A stretch of 64,000 nt of DNA from Candidatus Geohabitans tengchongensis (GTDB lineage: Bacteria > Sysuimicrobiota > Sysuimicrobiia > Sysuimicrobiales > Humicultoraceae): contig JAVKIH010000007.1 in assembly GCA_031459625.1 (NCBI GenBank), positions 6,173-70,172 on the forward strand. Direction: 5' to 3'. Every line of letters begins with the position of its first letter. Position 1 is the first letter of the stretch. A model generated the notes under the pieces. That model was not told the DNA's origin and ran no database searches. It saw nothing but the letters and a program-made list of their open reading frames with translations. This document shows positions 31,068 through 41,141 of the stretch, in pieces. Position numbers and translations under genes: made by a program.

Positions 31068-32738
31068 TCAGGGGCGGGGCGCCGGCGGGTCGACGACCTG
31101 CGGGGTGATGATGAAGATCACCTCGGTCTCCGTCCGGTCGGTCGTGGTGCGGCGGAAGAGGGAGCCGATCACCGGGATATCCCCCAGCAGCGGCACCCGC
31201 ACGATGGTGCGCCGCTCCTGGGCGCTGATCAGGCCGGCGATGACGATGGACTCGCCGCTGCGGGCCTGCACCACCGTATTGGCCCGGCGGGTGGAGAGGC
31301 GCGGTACCGGCCCCGCGGCGGTCTGCAGGAACTCGATCACCGAGCTGACCTCCGGCGTGATCTGGGTCGTGATGATCCCGTCGCGTCCCAGCCGCGGCGT
31401 GATCTCCAGCACGACCCCCACCGGCTTGAAGGTGAAGGTGATGCGGCCCTGGGCGTCCACCTGGGGGATGGGGATCTCCTCGCCCAGGTTGACCATCCCC
31501 TTGTTGCCGTCCAGGACGGCCAGCCGCGGCGCGGTGATCACGCGGGCGCGCCCGTCGCGGATGAGCGCCGTCAACCGGCCGAAGATGTCGAAGGTGGAGA
31601 CGCCCACCGTGATCTGGTTCGGGAAAACCCCCTGGATCTGGGTGATCGGCACCCCGGTCAGCCCCCAGTCCAGCCCGGCGTCCCGCAGGACGGTCGTGCT
31701 GATGTCCACCACGCGGGTCTCGATGAGGATCTGGGCGATCTTGATGTCGAGGCTCTGCAGGATCTTCTGCACCTGCTCCTGCTGGCTCGGGGTCCCGAAG
31801 ACCACCAGCGCGTTGGTGCGCGGGTCGATGGCCACGCGGATCCCCGGCACCGCCGCGGCCACCGCCGCCCGCGCCTGATCGGCGTTGGCGAAGCCCAGCA
31901 TGTAGACCACGGGCTCGGGCGCCTCCGGGGGCGGGGCCAGCTTCTCCGCCGACATGACGATGAGGTTGCGTCCCACCCGGCGGAAGCCCAGGTTGTTCGC
32001 CTCCAGGATGAAGCGCAGCGCCTCGTCGCAGGTGACCTCGACCAGCCGGACGGTGATGGTTCCGCGCACGGAGGCGTCGGTGACGATGTTGAAGCCGCAC
32101 AGCTTGGCCAGCGCGGAGAGGACGTCGGCGATCTCGGTGTTGCGCAGGTCGAGGGTGATGCGACCGCCCTGGGCCGGCGGGGGCGGCTGCTGCGCCGGGG
32201 CCTGGGCCAGGCGCGGTCCGGACGCCGCGGCCACAGCCTGCCGGGGCGCCGTTGCGAGGGCGGGCGCCCGGGTCCCCGCCGTCGGGCGCGGGACGGCCAG
32301 GCGCGCCACCACGAGCCCCGGCCCCAGGGCCCGCACCTCATAGGCGGTGGGCGCGGCCAGGTCGACGGTGATGCGCACCACCGGCGGGGTGCGCTGCCAC
32401 TGCCCGCTCCGCACCCGCCGCACCGGCCCCTGACCCACCTCGACCACGGCCGGCACGCCGTGGGCCAGGACCGCGCCGGGGAGGTCGACGACCAGGCGGG
32501 TGGGGGCGTCGAGCGTGGTGGTCGTGAAGGTCAGCCGCCCCGTGGCGCTCACCGCCACCTGGACGATGCCGGGGAAGGCTTTCACCGTCACCCCGGTGAC
32601 CCGGGCGGCCGCGGCCTGGGCCGGCCAGGCCGGCGCACCGATCAGCAGCGCCAGCGCCAGGCAGGCCACGGCGAGGCGCGTGCGGTGGCGCGTCGTCAGG
32701 AACCCCTTACGAGCCACGGACCAGGGAGTGGGCGACAT
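31068..32738 (-). CDS. pilQ: type IV pilus secretin with N-terminal AMIN domain
   Basis: AMIN (PTRLVVDLPG), ITLDLRNTEI, QILIETRVV, VIAGLI, VPLLGDIPVIGSLF, IFIITP. Confidence 0.9.
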   Translation of the reverse strand: MSPTPWSVARKGFLTTRHRTRLAVACLALALLIGAPAWPAQAAAARVTGVTVKAFPGIVQVAVSATGRLTFTTTTLDAPTRLVVDLPGAVLAHGVPAVVEVGQGPVRRVRSGQWQRTPPVVRITVDLAAPTAYEVRALGPGLVVARLAVPRPTAGTRAPALATAPRQAVAAASGPRLAQAPAQQPPPPAQGGRITLDLRNTEIADVLSALAKLCGFNIVTDASVRGTITVRLVEVTCDEALRFILEANNLGFRRVGRNLIVMSAEKLAPPPEAPEPVVYMLGFANADQARAAVAAAVPGIRVAIDPRTNALVVFGTPSQQEQVQKILQSLDIKIAQILIETRVVDISTTVLRDAGLDWGLTGVPITQIQGVFPNQITVGVSTFDIFGRLTALIRDGRARVITAPRLAVLDGNKGMVNLGEEIPIPQVDAQGRITFTFKPVGVVLEITPRLGRDGIITTQITPEVSSVIEFLQTAAGPVPRLSTRRANTVVQARSGESIVIAGLISAQERRTIVRVPLLGDIPVIGSLFRRTTTDRTETEVIFIITPQVVDPPAPRP

Positions 32739-33402
32739 AGGGTGGGTTCACCTCTTCGGCACGCAGTTCGAAGTTCTCGCCGTCTTCCTGCAGGATGACG
32801 ATGCCGTTGGTCGCGTCGATCTTGATCACGCGGACGCGGTCCTCGATCAGCTCGCCCACGGACACGATCCACGTGCGGTTGCTCACCCGGATGATGGCCA
32901 CACCCCCGCCATCCCCCAGCACGCCGACGAGCTCCGCCCCGGCGGCGAGCCGCTGCGGAGACGGCGGGGCAGTGGGAGCCTCAGGGACGGGAGCCGGCGG
33001 CGACCCGGGCGCCGCCGGCGGCTCCGGGCTGGGGAAGAGCGGCGGGGGCAGCGGTGCCGGCGGAGGGACCGGTGCCGGTCGCACGGGCGCCGCCGCGGCC
33101 GCGGTCTGCGGCTTCACCAGCGGGGCGAAGGGGTCGGCCCGCCCGGCCGCCTGGGGAGGCGGCGGCGGTGGGACGGCCGCCGGTGTAGGCGGCGGCGGCA
33201 TCACGCCGCCGCCGGGGCCTGGGGAAGCAGCGGCGGGTGCAGGAGCCGGCGCGGGGGAGGGCGCCGAGCCGACCACGGCCGATCCCCCGGTGGGCGGTTG
33301 AGCCCCGCCGGTCAGCAACAGGTAGGCGATCCCCACGACGAGCACCCCGATGATGCCCGCCATCGCGGGGTTGCGCCGGACGTAGGAGAGTAGGCGATCC
33401 AT
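32707..33402 (-). CDS. Pro-rich PilP/PilW(Thermus)-like pilus assembly protein
   Basis: N-terminal TM, Pro-rich linker, GRADPFAP motif, C-terminal beta domain (LVGVL...VSVGE...VIKI); directly upstream of pilQ. Confidence 0.7.
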   Translation of the reverse strand: MDRLLSYVRRNPAMAGIIGVLVVGIAYLLLTGGAQPPTGGSAVVGSAPSPAPAPAPAAASPGPGGGVMPPPPTPAAVPPPPPPQAAGRADPFAPLVKPQTAAAAAPVRPAPVPPPAPLPPPLFPSPEPPAAPGSPPAPVPEAPTAPPSPQRLAAGAELVGVLGDGGGVAIIRVSNRTWIVSVGELIEDRVRVIKIDATNGIVILQEDGENFELRAEEVNPPYVAHSLVRGS

Positions 33403-33615
33403 CAGGCAGGCTCCTCTGTCGACCGAGTGGTCGTGACCCCGGCAGGGGGCTCGGGGCGTCTCCGGCTCTTCGTGACCGGGATCACCCGGCCACCGACAGC
33501 CGTGGCGGTCCGTGGCCGTACTCGTTCCCGCGATACCCAAAAGTAATTCGGTCTAGACGCACTGTGATCCTGCATTTGACGCCTCTCCGCACGCGGTTCC
33601 CGCTCTTCCGCCGTC

Positions 33616-34362
33616 TCACCCGAAGTACCACCGGACGAGGGAGGCCCCCCAGAACAGCCCTGCCAGGCTGCCGAGCGCGAGGAAGGGGCCGAAGGGGATG
33701 GCGTCCTTCCGCCGGCGTAGTCCCAGCAGGATCAGGGCGATGCCCACGAGCCCCCCGGCGAGGAAGCTGAGGAAGAGGGCAGCGGCGATGGTCGGCCATC
33801 CCAGGAAGAGGCCCATCACGGCGGCCAGCTTGACGTCACCGCCGCCCATCCCGCCCCGGCTGACCACAGCGACGGCCAGGAAGAACGCTCCGGCCCCCAC
33901 GCCGGCCAGGACCCGCTCCGCCAGGGCGGCGGGGCCGTCGGGCAGCGCCAGCAGCAGGCCCGCGGCCATCCCCGGGTAGGTCACGGCGTTGGGGATCAGC
34001 CGGTGGTCCAGGTCGACGAACACGACGACCACCAGGATCAGCACGAAGAGGGCGGCGCGCAGGCCCTCCCAGGTGGGGCCGAAGGCCCGCCAGACCGCCA
34101 CGAAGAGCAGGGCCGTCAGCGCCTCCACCAGCGGGTAGCGCCACGAGATGGCCGTCCCGCAGTGGCGGCAGCGGCCCCGCAGCAGGAGGAAGCTGAGGAG
34201 CGGCACGTTGTCCCGCGCGGCGATGGGGTGGCCGCAGGCCGGACAGCGCGAGCGCGGGGCCACCACCGACTCCCGGCGCGGCACCCGATAGATCACCACG
34301 TTGGCGAAGGAGCCCACCATGGCTCCCACCACCGCCGCCACCAGCCCCTGCACGGCCGTCAT
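33616..34362 (-). CDS. pilD: prepilin peptidase/N-methyltransferase
   Basis: GSFANVVIYRVP, SRCPAC, RCRHC, RYPLVE, MGGGDVKL, IPFGPFL. Confidence 0.96.
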   Translation of the reverse strand: MTAVQGLVAAVVGAMVGSFANVVIYRVPRRESVVAPRSRCPACGHPIAARDNVPLLSFLLLRGRCRHCGTAISWRYPLVEALTALLFVAVWRAFGPTWEGLRAALFVLILVVVVFVDLDHRLIPNAVTYPGMAAGLLLALPDGPAALAERVLAGVGAGAFFLAVAVVSRGGMGGGDVKLAAVMGLFLGWPTIAAALFLSFLAGGLVGIALILLGLRRRKDAIPFGPFLALGSLAGLFWGASLVRWYFG

Positions 34363-34623
34363 CCGTCCTTCCGGTCCTCCTTTCCCATCGGCCCGCCCGG
34401 GCCGGTTTGCGGGTGTCGCCGCGCCCCTCCCGAGCCCGGGCCTCCCCTCCCGCACCGGGGCCTCCGCCAGCCGGAGGGGCAGGAAACCGCCTCAGCCGAC
34501 ACGAAACGGGGCACATACATCGATGGTGCAGGGTACGGGCCCCGGACTCGTGCCCTGTGACGACGGACCGCTCGATCCGCAGCCCGCGCGCGCCGGGCTG
34601 CCCGACGCAGAGGAGGCTCACCC

Positions 34624-35277
34624 GTGCGACTCGCCGCTGTCGGTCTTGCGATCGGAGCGATTCTCGGGGGTTCGCTCCCCCTCCTGGCCCAGCAGCCGCC
34701 CGTCGCTCCCTCCCCCGTGCTCATCGTGCCCGGCCACAGCGTGGCCGGCGTCGTCCTGGGCCGCTCGGTGCGGTCGGTGATCGCCCGGCTCGGCCCGCCG
34801 GCGGAGATGCGCACGGTGCGGGAGGGGACGCTCCTCCTCTTCACCCGCTTCGGCATCACCGTCTACGCCGACGGGGACACCATCACCGCCGTCTCCGCCT
34901 CCAACAGCCTCCTGCGCACCCCGGAGGGGATCGGGCTCGGGGTGAGCGAGGCGGAGGTGCGCCGGGTGTACGGCGCGCAGTTCAGCCCGGCCGTGGTCGA
35001 GGGCCTGGCCGGCATCGCCTACGACCACCTGGGCCTGGCCTTCGGCTTCGAGCGGGGCAGCGTAGCCGTCATCCTGGTCTACCCGCCGCGCACCGAGGCG
35101 CACGCGGCCTTCGTCTCGCTGCCGCGGGTGGAGACCCTCAAGCCCTTCTCGCCGGAGACGCGGTTCATGTCGCTGGCCGGGTACCTGCGCTACCTGGTCT
35201 TCGAGCAGAGCGGCATCTGGCTCTCCTACGCCGAGGCGGGACGGATCATCCGCGAGCAGGCGCAGGTGCGGGGCTGA
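34624..35277 (+). CDS. secreted hypothetical protein
   Basis: RBS GAGGAGG, signal peptide, IVPGHSVAGV.LG and TPEGIGLG repeats. Confidence 0.75.
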   Translation: MRLAAVGLAIGAILGGSLPLLAQQPPVAPSPVLIVPGHSVAGVVLGRSVRSVIARLGPPAEMRTVREGTLLLFTRFGITVYADGDTITAVSASNSLLRTPEGIGLGVSEAEVRRVYGAQFSPAVVEGLAGIAYDHLGLAFGFERGSVAVILVYPPRTEAHAAFVSLPRVETLKPFSPETRFMSLAGYLRYLVFEQSGIWLSYAEAGRIIREQAQVRG

Positions 35278-35355
35278 GCGTCGGGGCCTGGGGGAGCCTC
35301 TAAGCCCCGGCAGGCCGCCAGGTTGCTGCGCCGCTCCCGCGGGAGCGGCGCGAGG

Positions 35356-36354
35356 TTACTCCGCCAACAGGAGGCGTCCGCTGCCTGCGCGCTTCGCCTC
35401 GATGAGGGCGGCGTCGGCTTTGCGGATGAGGTCCTCCGGGTCCACCCCGTCCGCCGGGAACTGGGCGATCCCGGCGCAGACGCTCAGGTGGACGGGCATG
35501 CCGTTCCGCCCCACGAAGGTCTCGTCGGCCACGGCCCGCTGCAGCCGGGCGATGATCGACGCCGCCGGGCCGGCCGGCGTCTCCGGCAGGATCACCACCA
35601 CCTCGTCGCCCCCGTAGCGGGCGGCGACGTCCACGGCCCGCAGGTTGCGCTGGATCACCCCCGCCACCTTGGCCAGGACCTCGTCCGCCACCAGCAGCCC
35701 GTGGCTGCGGTTGAGCTCCTTGAACCCGTCCAGGTCCAGCATCACCAGCGACAGCGGCTTGTCGTAGCGCAACGCCCGCTGCATCTCCTCACGCAGCCGC
35801 AGGAAGAAGTAGCGCCGGTTGTACAGCCCGGTGAGCTCGTCGGTGATGGCCAGCCGCCACATCTTGGACATGAGCTCGAAGTTGGCCAGCAGCCAGGCCA
35901 ACTGGGCGGCCACCACCGAGATGACCTGGAGGTCTTCGGGGGTGAAGTCGCGGGCGCCCGAGAGCTTCCCCAGGTTGAGCACGCCGATGACGCGCTCCCG
36001 GCTGCGGATGGGGATGATCAGCGCCGAGCGGGGCCGTGGGGTCGCCCGCGGCGACGGCAGCTCGCCGTAGAGGAGGCGCGGGGTGCCCTCCGCCGCCACC
36101 TCGCCCGCCGGACCCTCCTGCAGGCCGATGCGCATGCCCGGCGTGACCTCGGCGCTGAGGCCCCGGGCGGCCACGAGGGCGAGACCATCCCCGTCCCGCA
36201 GGAGGATGGACCCCTGCTCCGCGTCTACCCACTGGAGGAGGCGGTCCAGGTAGCGCTCCAGCGTCTCCTCCAGGTCCTGCCCGGGAGCGACCTCGGCGGC
36301 CGTGTCGATCAGCCAGTTCAGGGTGGCGTGCAGGCGCACCGCTTCCATAACCAT
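35356..36354 (-). CDS. GAF-GGDEF diguanylate cyclase (GGDEV variant)
   Basis: GAF domain; DELTGLYNRR, DLDGFKELN, RxxD I-site (RAVD), RYGGDEV. Confidence 0.9.
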   Translation of the reverse strand: MVMEAVRLHATLNWLIDTAAEVAPGQDLEETLERYLDRLLQWVDAEQGSILLRDGDGLALVAARGLSAEVTPGMRIGLQEGPAGEVAAEGTPRLLYGELPSPRATPRPRSALIIPIRSRERVIGVLNLGKLSGARDFTPEDLQVISVVAAQLAWLLANFELMSKMWRLAITDELTGLYNRRYFFLRLREEMQRALRYDKPLSLVMLDLDGFKELNRSHGLLVADEVLAKVAGVIQRNLRAVDVAARYGGDEVVVILPETPAGPAASIIARLQRAVADETFVGRNGMPVHLSVCAGIAQFPADGVDPEDLIRKADAALIEAKRAGSGRLLLAE

Positions 36355-36502
36355 TTCCCTATGCCCGGGCCCGAGCCGGCTGAGACCGCCCGGCAGGAGG
36401 CCGCGGGCGACGGATCGCGGGCCGCGCGCTGGCCTGCCGACGGCGGGACGACCGCTCCCTGAACCGGCGGCCGGGCACCCGCCCGGAGCGCGGACTGACA
36501 GA

Positions 36503-36532
36503 ACGGCGCCGGGCGGACCCACCCGGCGCCGT
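36503..36532 (-). terminator. candidate terminator hairpin downstream of pilO
   Basis: 11-bp perfect stem ACGGCGCCGGG/CCCGGCGCCGT, 8-nt loop, weak T-containing tail. Confidence 0.4.
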
Positions 36533-36559
36533 CTCCCCGGGACATCCCGGCCTCCGGCC

Positions 36560-37198
36560 CTACGGCCGCGCCTCGGGCAGGACGAAGGTGTTGGAGACGA
36601 CGTTCAGTCGCAGGCGGGGCAGCGGCTGCTGGGGCGAGATGGCGAGCTGGGTCATGGCGATGAAGCGGGGGAAGTTCTCCAGCCGGCGCAGCATGCTGAG
36701 CAGCGTGTCGTAGGTCCCCTCGAAGGAGAGCTCCAGCCGGAACTGCTGGTAGGGCGGGGCGGCCGGCTGGGCCTGCTGCCCCTGCCCGGAGGCCGGGGCA
36801 GGGGCGGCCGCGGGCGGCTGCCCCTGTCGCGGCCCGGCGCCGGCCTGGCCGGTGGGGGCCTCCAGGGCGCCGGGGCGGATGAGGTTCATCTTCACCCCGA
36901 CCTCACTGGCCACCGCCTGCATCTGACGCAGCAGCGTGGGGATCTCCCGCGCCGGGGGCAGCTTGGCCTCGATGGCCTGGATGCGGTCCTGCAGGGCCCG
37001 GTACTCCCGCTCCAGGTCCTCGCGCTGGGCGGCCAGCTGCTCCATCTCCGCCACCTGCTGCTGCTTCTGGGTGAGCTGCGCGCTGAGGCGGCGGATCTCG
37101 TCCTGCTTCCCCGTGTAGACGAAGAAGTAGAACCCGGCCGCCAGCGCCAGCGTGACGAGCACGCTGACGAGGAGTCGCTCGCGTGGGCTGGTCTTCAT
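36560..37198 (-). CDS. pilO: type IV pilus alignment protein PilO
   Basis: TM + coiled coil + KLP..EIPTLL, FEGTY..L..LENFPRF. Confidence 0.88.
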   Translation of the reverse strand: MKTSPRERLLVSVLVTLALAAGFYFFVYTGKQDEIRRLSAQLTQKQQQVAEMEQLAAQREDLEREYRALQDRIQAIEAKLPPAREIPTLLRQMQAVASEVGVKMNLIRPGALEAPTGQAGAGPRQGQPPAAAPAPASGQGQQAQPAAPPYQQFRLELSFEGTYDTLLSMLRRLENFPRFIAMTQLAISPQQPLPRLRLNVVSNTFVLPEARP

Positions 37199-37755
37199 CG
37201 GCTGCTCTCCGGGGTGGCGCCGGGCTTGACCAGGCGTCCGGTCACCTGGAAGCGGACGACCTCGACCTCGCCCACCCGCTCACGCTCGGCGGAGCTCAGG
37301 TCGAGGCCGTCGAAGAGGCGGCTGGACTCCAGGTTGTCCATGAGCCGCGCCACCGCCACGAAGCTCATGGCCATCCCGTCGATGGTGAAGGACCCGGTGT
37401 CGGGCACGTTCAGGGTAGTCATCCAGACGTCCCGGGGGATGAGCACCCGGATGTTGGCCAGGATGGAGGAGGCGGGGAGCTGGCTGGCCAGCAGCTGCGC
37501 CAGCAGGTCCTCCTTGCGCCGGGCCTCCTCGATCTGCCGCTTGAGCGCCTGGACCTCCGCCACCTGCGGTTGCAGCTCGGCGATGCGCGCGTCGGCCCGG
37601 CGCAGCTCCCCCTGCAGGGCGGCGAGGCGGGCGGAGAGGCTCAGGTAGACGACGACGAGCACGACGAGCACCGCCACGGGCAGGGCGACCGCCAGGAGCG
37701 CCCCGCCGGGCACCTGGCGCCGCGGCCGCCGCGGCAGGAGGTTGATCCGGATCAT
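37195..37755 (-). CDS. pilN: type IV pilus alignment protein PilN
   Basis: N-terminal INLLP motif, TM, coiled coil, IP.DVW. Confidence 0.92.
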   Translation of the reverse strand: MIRINLLPRRPRRQVPGGALLAVALPVAVLVVLVVVYLSLSARLAALQGELRRADARIAELQPQVAEVQALKRQIEEARRKEDLLAQLLASQLPASSILANIRVLIPRDVWMTTLNVPDTGSFTIDGMAMSFVAVARLMDNLESSRLFDGLDLSSAERERVGEVEVVRFQVTGRLVKPGATPESSR

Positions 37756-38837
37756 CGCTCCTCTCCCCCTCTGAGCGCGAGGCCGACGGCCACCGACATC
37801 ACGGGGCCGGTGGAGGCCAGGACGTCGGGGCCGAAGGCCGCGCCGTTGACCTCCAGGTGGGCGAAGGGGTTGCCGACCTCGACCGGCAGGCCCAGTTCGG
37901 CGGCCAGCACGCGGTCGAGGTTGCGCAGCCGGGCCAGCCCGCCGGTGAGCACCACCTGCGAGACCACGGCGGCGCGCGTGCGCGTCTGGTAGTAGTCCAG
38001 GGAGCGCCGCACCTCGGTGATCAGGTCGCCCACCTGCGGGGCGATGGCGTCGTGGATGCGCTGCACGGTCAGGTCGTCGGGGATGGCGTTCTCGTCCAGG
38101 ATCTCCCCGCGCTCCTCCAGCAGCTGCCGGGCCGCCCCCTCGTCCAGGCCCATGGCCTCCTGGACGGCGTGCACGAGCGAAGTGCCGCCGATGGGGATGT
38201 TGCGCGTCAGCCGCAGGCGGTCCCCCTCGGTAATGACGATGTCGCTGGCCTCGGCACCCAGGTCGATGAAGACCACGGTGCGCTCCGGCGCCTGGGCGGG
38301 GCGCAGGGCCCGCAGCACGGCGAAGGACTCGACGTCCACCACGATGGGGGTGAGGCGGGCCGCCTCCACCGTCTCGATGATGCGCTGGACCACGTCCTGG
38401 CGCGTGGCCACCACGACGACGTCCAGCATCTTGCGCCCGTCTTCGGTGGACTCCCCCAGCACCTGGTAGTCCATGTAGACGTCCTGGATGTTGTAAGGGA
38501 GGTAGCGCTCCGCCTCGTAGCGGACCGCCGCGGTCAGCTCCTGGGCGGTCATGGGCGGGACGCGCACCTCGCGCACCGTGACGTTCTGGCCGCCGGCGCC
38601 CACGACGACGCGGTCGGTGCGGATGCCGGCCTTGTCGAAGAGCGCCCGCACCTGCGCCCCCACCTCGTCGGGGGCGACCGGCACCCCGTCCCGGAAGGCG
38701 CCGGCGGGCGAGGGGAGCGTGGCCATGCGGGCCAGCCGGTAGGTGCGGCCGGCCCGGACCAGCTCCACGACCTTCAACCGGTCGCTGCCGATGTCCAGCC
38801 CGACCAGGGATCCGGAGGAGAACTTGAACAGGCCCAT
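37752..38837 (-). CDS. pilM: type IV pilus actin-like protein PilM
   Basis: GLDIGS, YLPY, IDLGA, RRSLDYY, LTGG, AVGLALRG. Confidence 0.95.
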   Translation of the reverse strand: MGLFKFSSGSLVGLDIGSDRLKVVELVRAGRTYRLARMATLPSPAGAFRDGVPVAPDEVGAQVRALFDKAGIRTDRVVVGAGGQNVTVREVRVPPMTAQELTAAVRYEAERYLPYNIQDVYMDYQVLGESTEDGRKMLDVVVVATRQDVVQRIIETVEAARLTPIVVDVESFAVLRALRPAQAPERTVVFIDLGAEASDIVITEGDRLRLTRNIPIGGTSLVHAVQEAMGLDEGAARQLLEERGEILDENAIPDDLTVQRIHDAIAPQVGDLITEVRRSLDYYQTRTRAAVVSQVVLTGGLARLRNLDRVLAAELGLPVEVGNPFAHLEVNGAAFGPDVLASTGPVMSVAVGLALRGGEER

Positions 38838-39138
38838 GTAGACAACCGCCTCTGGTGATCTCGGACGTCCCGGCTCCGCTCCCAGGAGTGTTATCGGCCG
38901 GGAGGCGCCGGAGAACAGGGCGGGCCGACGACGTGGCGGCGGCCCGGCCGTCCGCGTATTCGACGCGAGCCCGCCGGGCCCTGCGGCCGGCTGCCTGCCT
39001 CGGTGCCCTTATGCCCGTTTGGAGGATCCTTCAGGCGCGCCTCATGCGGGAAGGCGGCAGGCTGCCCGGTGGGGGAGGCGGGGCGACGGCCGGGCCGGGC
39101 GGCGCCGGGGCCCCGAGGAGCGGCCGTTCGGGGGCCCC

Positions 39139-41121
39139 TCAGGGCGCGCCCAGCTCCATCCAGCGGGGGCGGTCGTAGAGCGAGTCCTCCCGGCCCACCC
39201 CGGGTCCCCGGCGGGCGGCGTAGACGCCGGTGAGGGGGAAGAAGGGCGGGGAGATGGCCGAGCGCAGGCGCGGGTCGTAGGTGAAGTCGCGGCCGTAGCC
39301 CTTCGGGGGTGAGGTGATGGCCCCGAACTCCCCGAACCGAAACTGGACGACGCTGCCGAGGAAGTGTACCGCGCCCTTGTCCGGCACCGTGTCCCACCCC
39401 TTCACCCAGAACTGCCCGTTGGGGGCCAGGACGGCCGCATCGACGTACAGGTCGCGCGGCGTGACGAACCCGTCGATGGTGATCCGGCCGCCCAGCGACC
39501 ACAGGCCCAGGACGTTGCCGGGCAGGTCGAGCGGGTCGGTGACGACGGGCGGGCGCTCGTAGACCAGGTGGTCGGTGATGTGGATGTCGCCGCTCGCGGC
39601 GATGGTCAGGCGCGTGTCGCGCTGCACCGTCCCCCACAGGCCGCCGGGGTTGGCGGGATTGGCCGAGTTGCTGCGGATCTGCCCCTCGACGTAGACCATC
39701 CCGTTGAAGAGGGCGGTGTAGGTGGTGCAGGTGGCGAACCCCGGCCCCTGGCAGGCCTGGATGCGCGTGCCGGCGGGGTCGAGGACGATCTTCCGCGTGC
39801 GGGCGGTACCGCACCCGGCGGTGCAGGCGCTCTCGACGATGATGACCTGCCGCCCGCTCTCGACGCGCAGCTCGAGGGCCTGCACGTCCCCCTGGATGTA
39901 GAGGCCCCCGCACCCCAGGCTCCCGCAGGTGTCCATCACGTAGATCCCCGGCGGGGGCGGGCCGCCGACGTCGGGCAGGTCGCTGGTGCCGCGCCGGATG
40001 GCCGCGGGGCCCGGCGGACCGCCCCACAGCGGGGTGTCGCCGACCGCGGCCCGGGCCGGGTGGACCGACCCGGGGCCGGTGAGGGTGGGCGGCGCGAGCG
40101 GGGCCACCCGGCGGATCACCGCCCCCTGCACGGCGTCGCATGGGGCGCCGCCGCTCGTGCCGCTCGACTGCTGCGGCAGGAGCGTCACCGGGCGGTCCTC
40201 GGTGAACCCGCAGTTGTGGTAGCGGATGTCCGCGTCCACCTGGGTGGTGCTCGGGTCGTTGAACGTCGGCCGTCCCCAGATCTGGAAGCGGCTGTTCGTG
40301 TGCACCGGTCCGGTGAAGACGCTCGTGGTGTACATCCAGGTGGCCGAGTCGGCCGGGTCGCTGCTGAGGATCCCCAGCGCCCATTCGTGGTAGGCCGCCC
40401 GCTCGATCAGCATGGGGAACCCGGTCCCGCTCCCCGTCCATGCCGCGGTGGGGGGCTCCCAGGCGTCGCAGGGGACGGCCCCGGTGGGCGGACCGACCAG
40501 GCAGACCGTCCGCTGCGCGTTCCCGGCCGTCCCTGTCGCCACGATCCGGTAGTCGAACCACATCAGGTAGCGCTCGGGGGCGAGCGGGCCGCCGACCTGA
40601 CAGACCACGCCCGTCCGCCGGGTGGGCCGCAGCGTCACCGTGGCGTGGAAGCGCCCCAGCGAGCGCCCCGCGGGGCTGTCGGTGAGCTGCACGGGAGCCG
40701 CGGGCGTCCCCACCGCCAGCCGCACCTCGCGGTTGGCCGCGTCCTCGACCCAGTCCGTGCTGCCCAGCGTGAGCGGGTAGGCGAAGTCCCGCACGATCTG
40801 CCAGGCACCGGCCCCCGGAGTGCCGGTCTGTTCGGCCGTGCAGGGGGCGAGGAGCTGGCTCTGAGCGGCACCGGCCACGCGGACGTTGAGATCGACGGCA
40901 AAGCGCTGGCGGAGCTCCCCCAGCGCGTAGTAGGCGCCCGCTTCCGCAGCGGCGAGGGCCTGGACGCTGCGGAGCTGGTCTGCGGACATGGTGCGCTCGC
41001 CCATGGTGGTGAGGGCCATGACGCCCACGAGCAGCGTGAGCACGAGGATGGTGGCCAGGGCGGCCATGAGCGCCACCCCACGTTCGTCGTCGACCAGGTG
41101 CACGAGGAACCGGACCGGCAT
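39139..41121 (-). CDS. large PilX-like minor pilin 1 (PilX_N + DUF4900-like domain)
   Basis: ERG|VALMA class III signal without Glu5; AAEAG; GPVHTN; LTIAA.GDI; GYGR..YDPR..PPFFP. Confidence 0.8.
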   Translation of the reverse strand: MPVRFLVHLVDDERGVALMAALATILVLTLLVGVMALTTMGERTMSADQLRSVQALAAAEAGAYYALGELRQRFAVDLNVRVAGAAQSQLLAPCTAEQTGTPGAGAWQIVRDFAYPLTLGSTDWVEDAANREVRLAVGTPAAPVQLTDSPAGRSLGRFHATVTLRPTRRTGVVCQVGGPLAPERYLMWFDYRIVATGTAGNAQRTVCLVGPPTGAVPCDAWEPPTAAWTGSGTGFPMLIERAAYHEWALGILSSDPADSATWMYTTSVFTGPVHTNSRFQIWGRPTFNDPSTTQVDADIRYHNCGFTEDRPVTLLPQQSSGTSGGAPCDAVQGAVIRRVAPLAPPTLTGPGSVHPARAAVGDTPLWGGPPGPAAIRRGTSDLPDVGGPPPPGIYVMDTCGSLGCGGLYIQGDVQALELRVESGRQVIIVESACTAGCGTARTRKIVLDPAGTRIQACQGPGFATCTTYTALFNGMVYVEGQIRSNSANPANPGGLWGTVQRDTRLTIAASGDIHITDHLVYERPPVVTDPLDLPGNVLGLWSLGGRITIDGFVTPRDLYVDAAVLAPNGQFWVKGWDTVPDKGAVHFLGSVVQFRFGEFGAITSPPKGYGRDFTYDPRLRSAISPPFFPLTGVYAARRGPGVGREDSLYDRPRWMELGAP

Positions 41122-41141
41122 CGCGCCTCGAACCTCCCTGC

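Noticed and set aside
33403-33615. AT-richer region upstream of pilP-pilQ as a c-di-GMP riboswitch or ECF promoter
   Set aside because: No GEMM consensus seen, and GGAAC/CGTC spacings (14 nt) do not fit; probably an ordinary promoter region.
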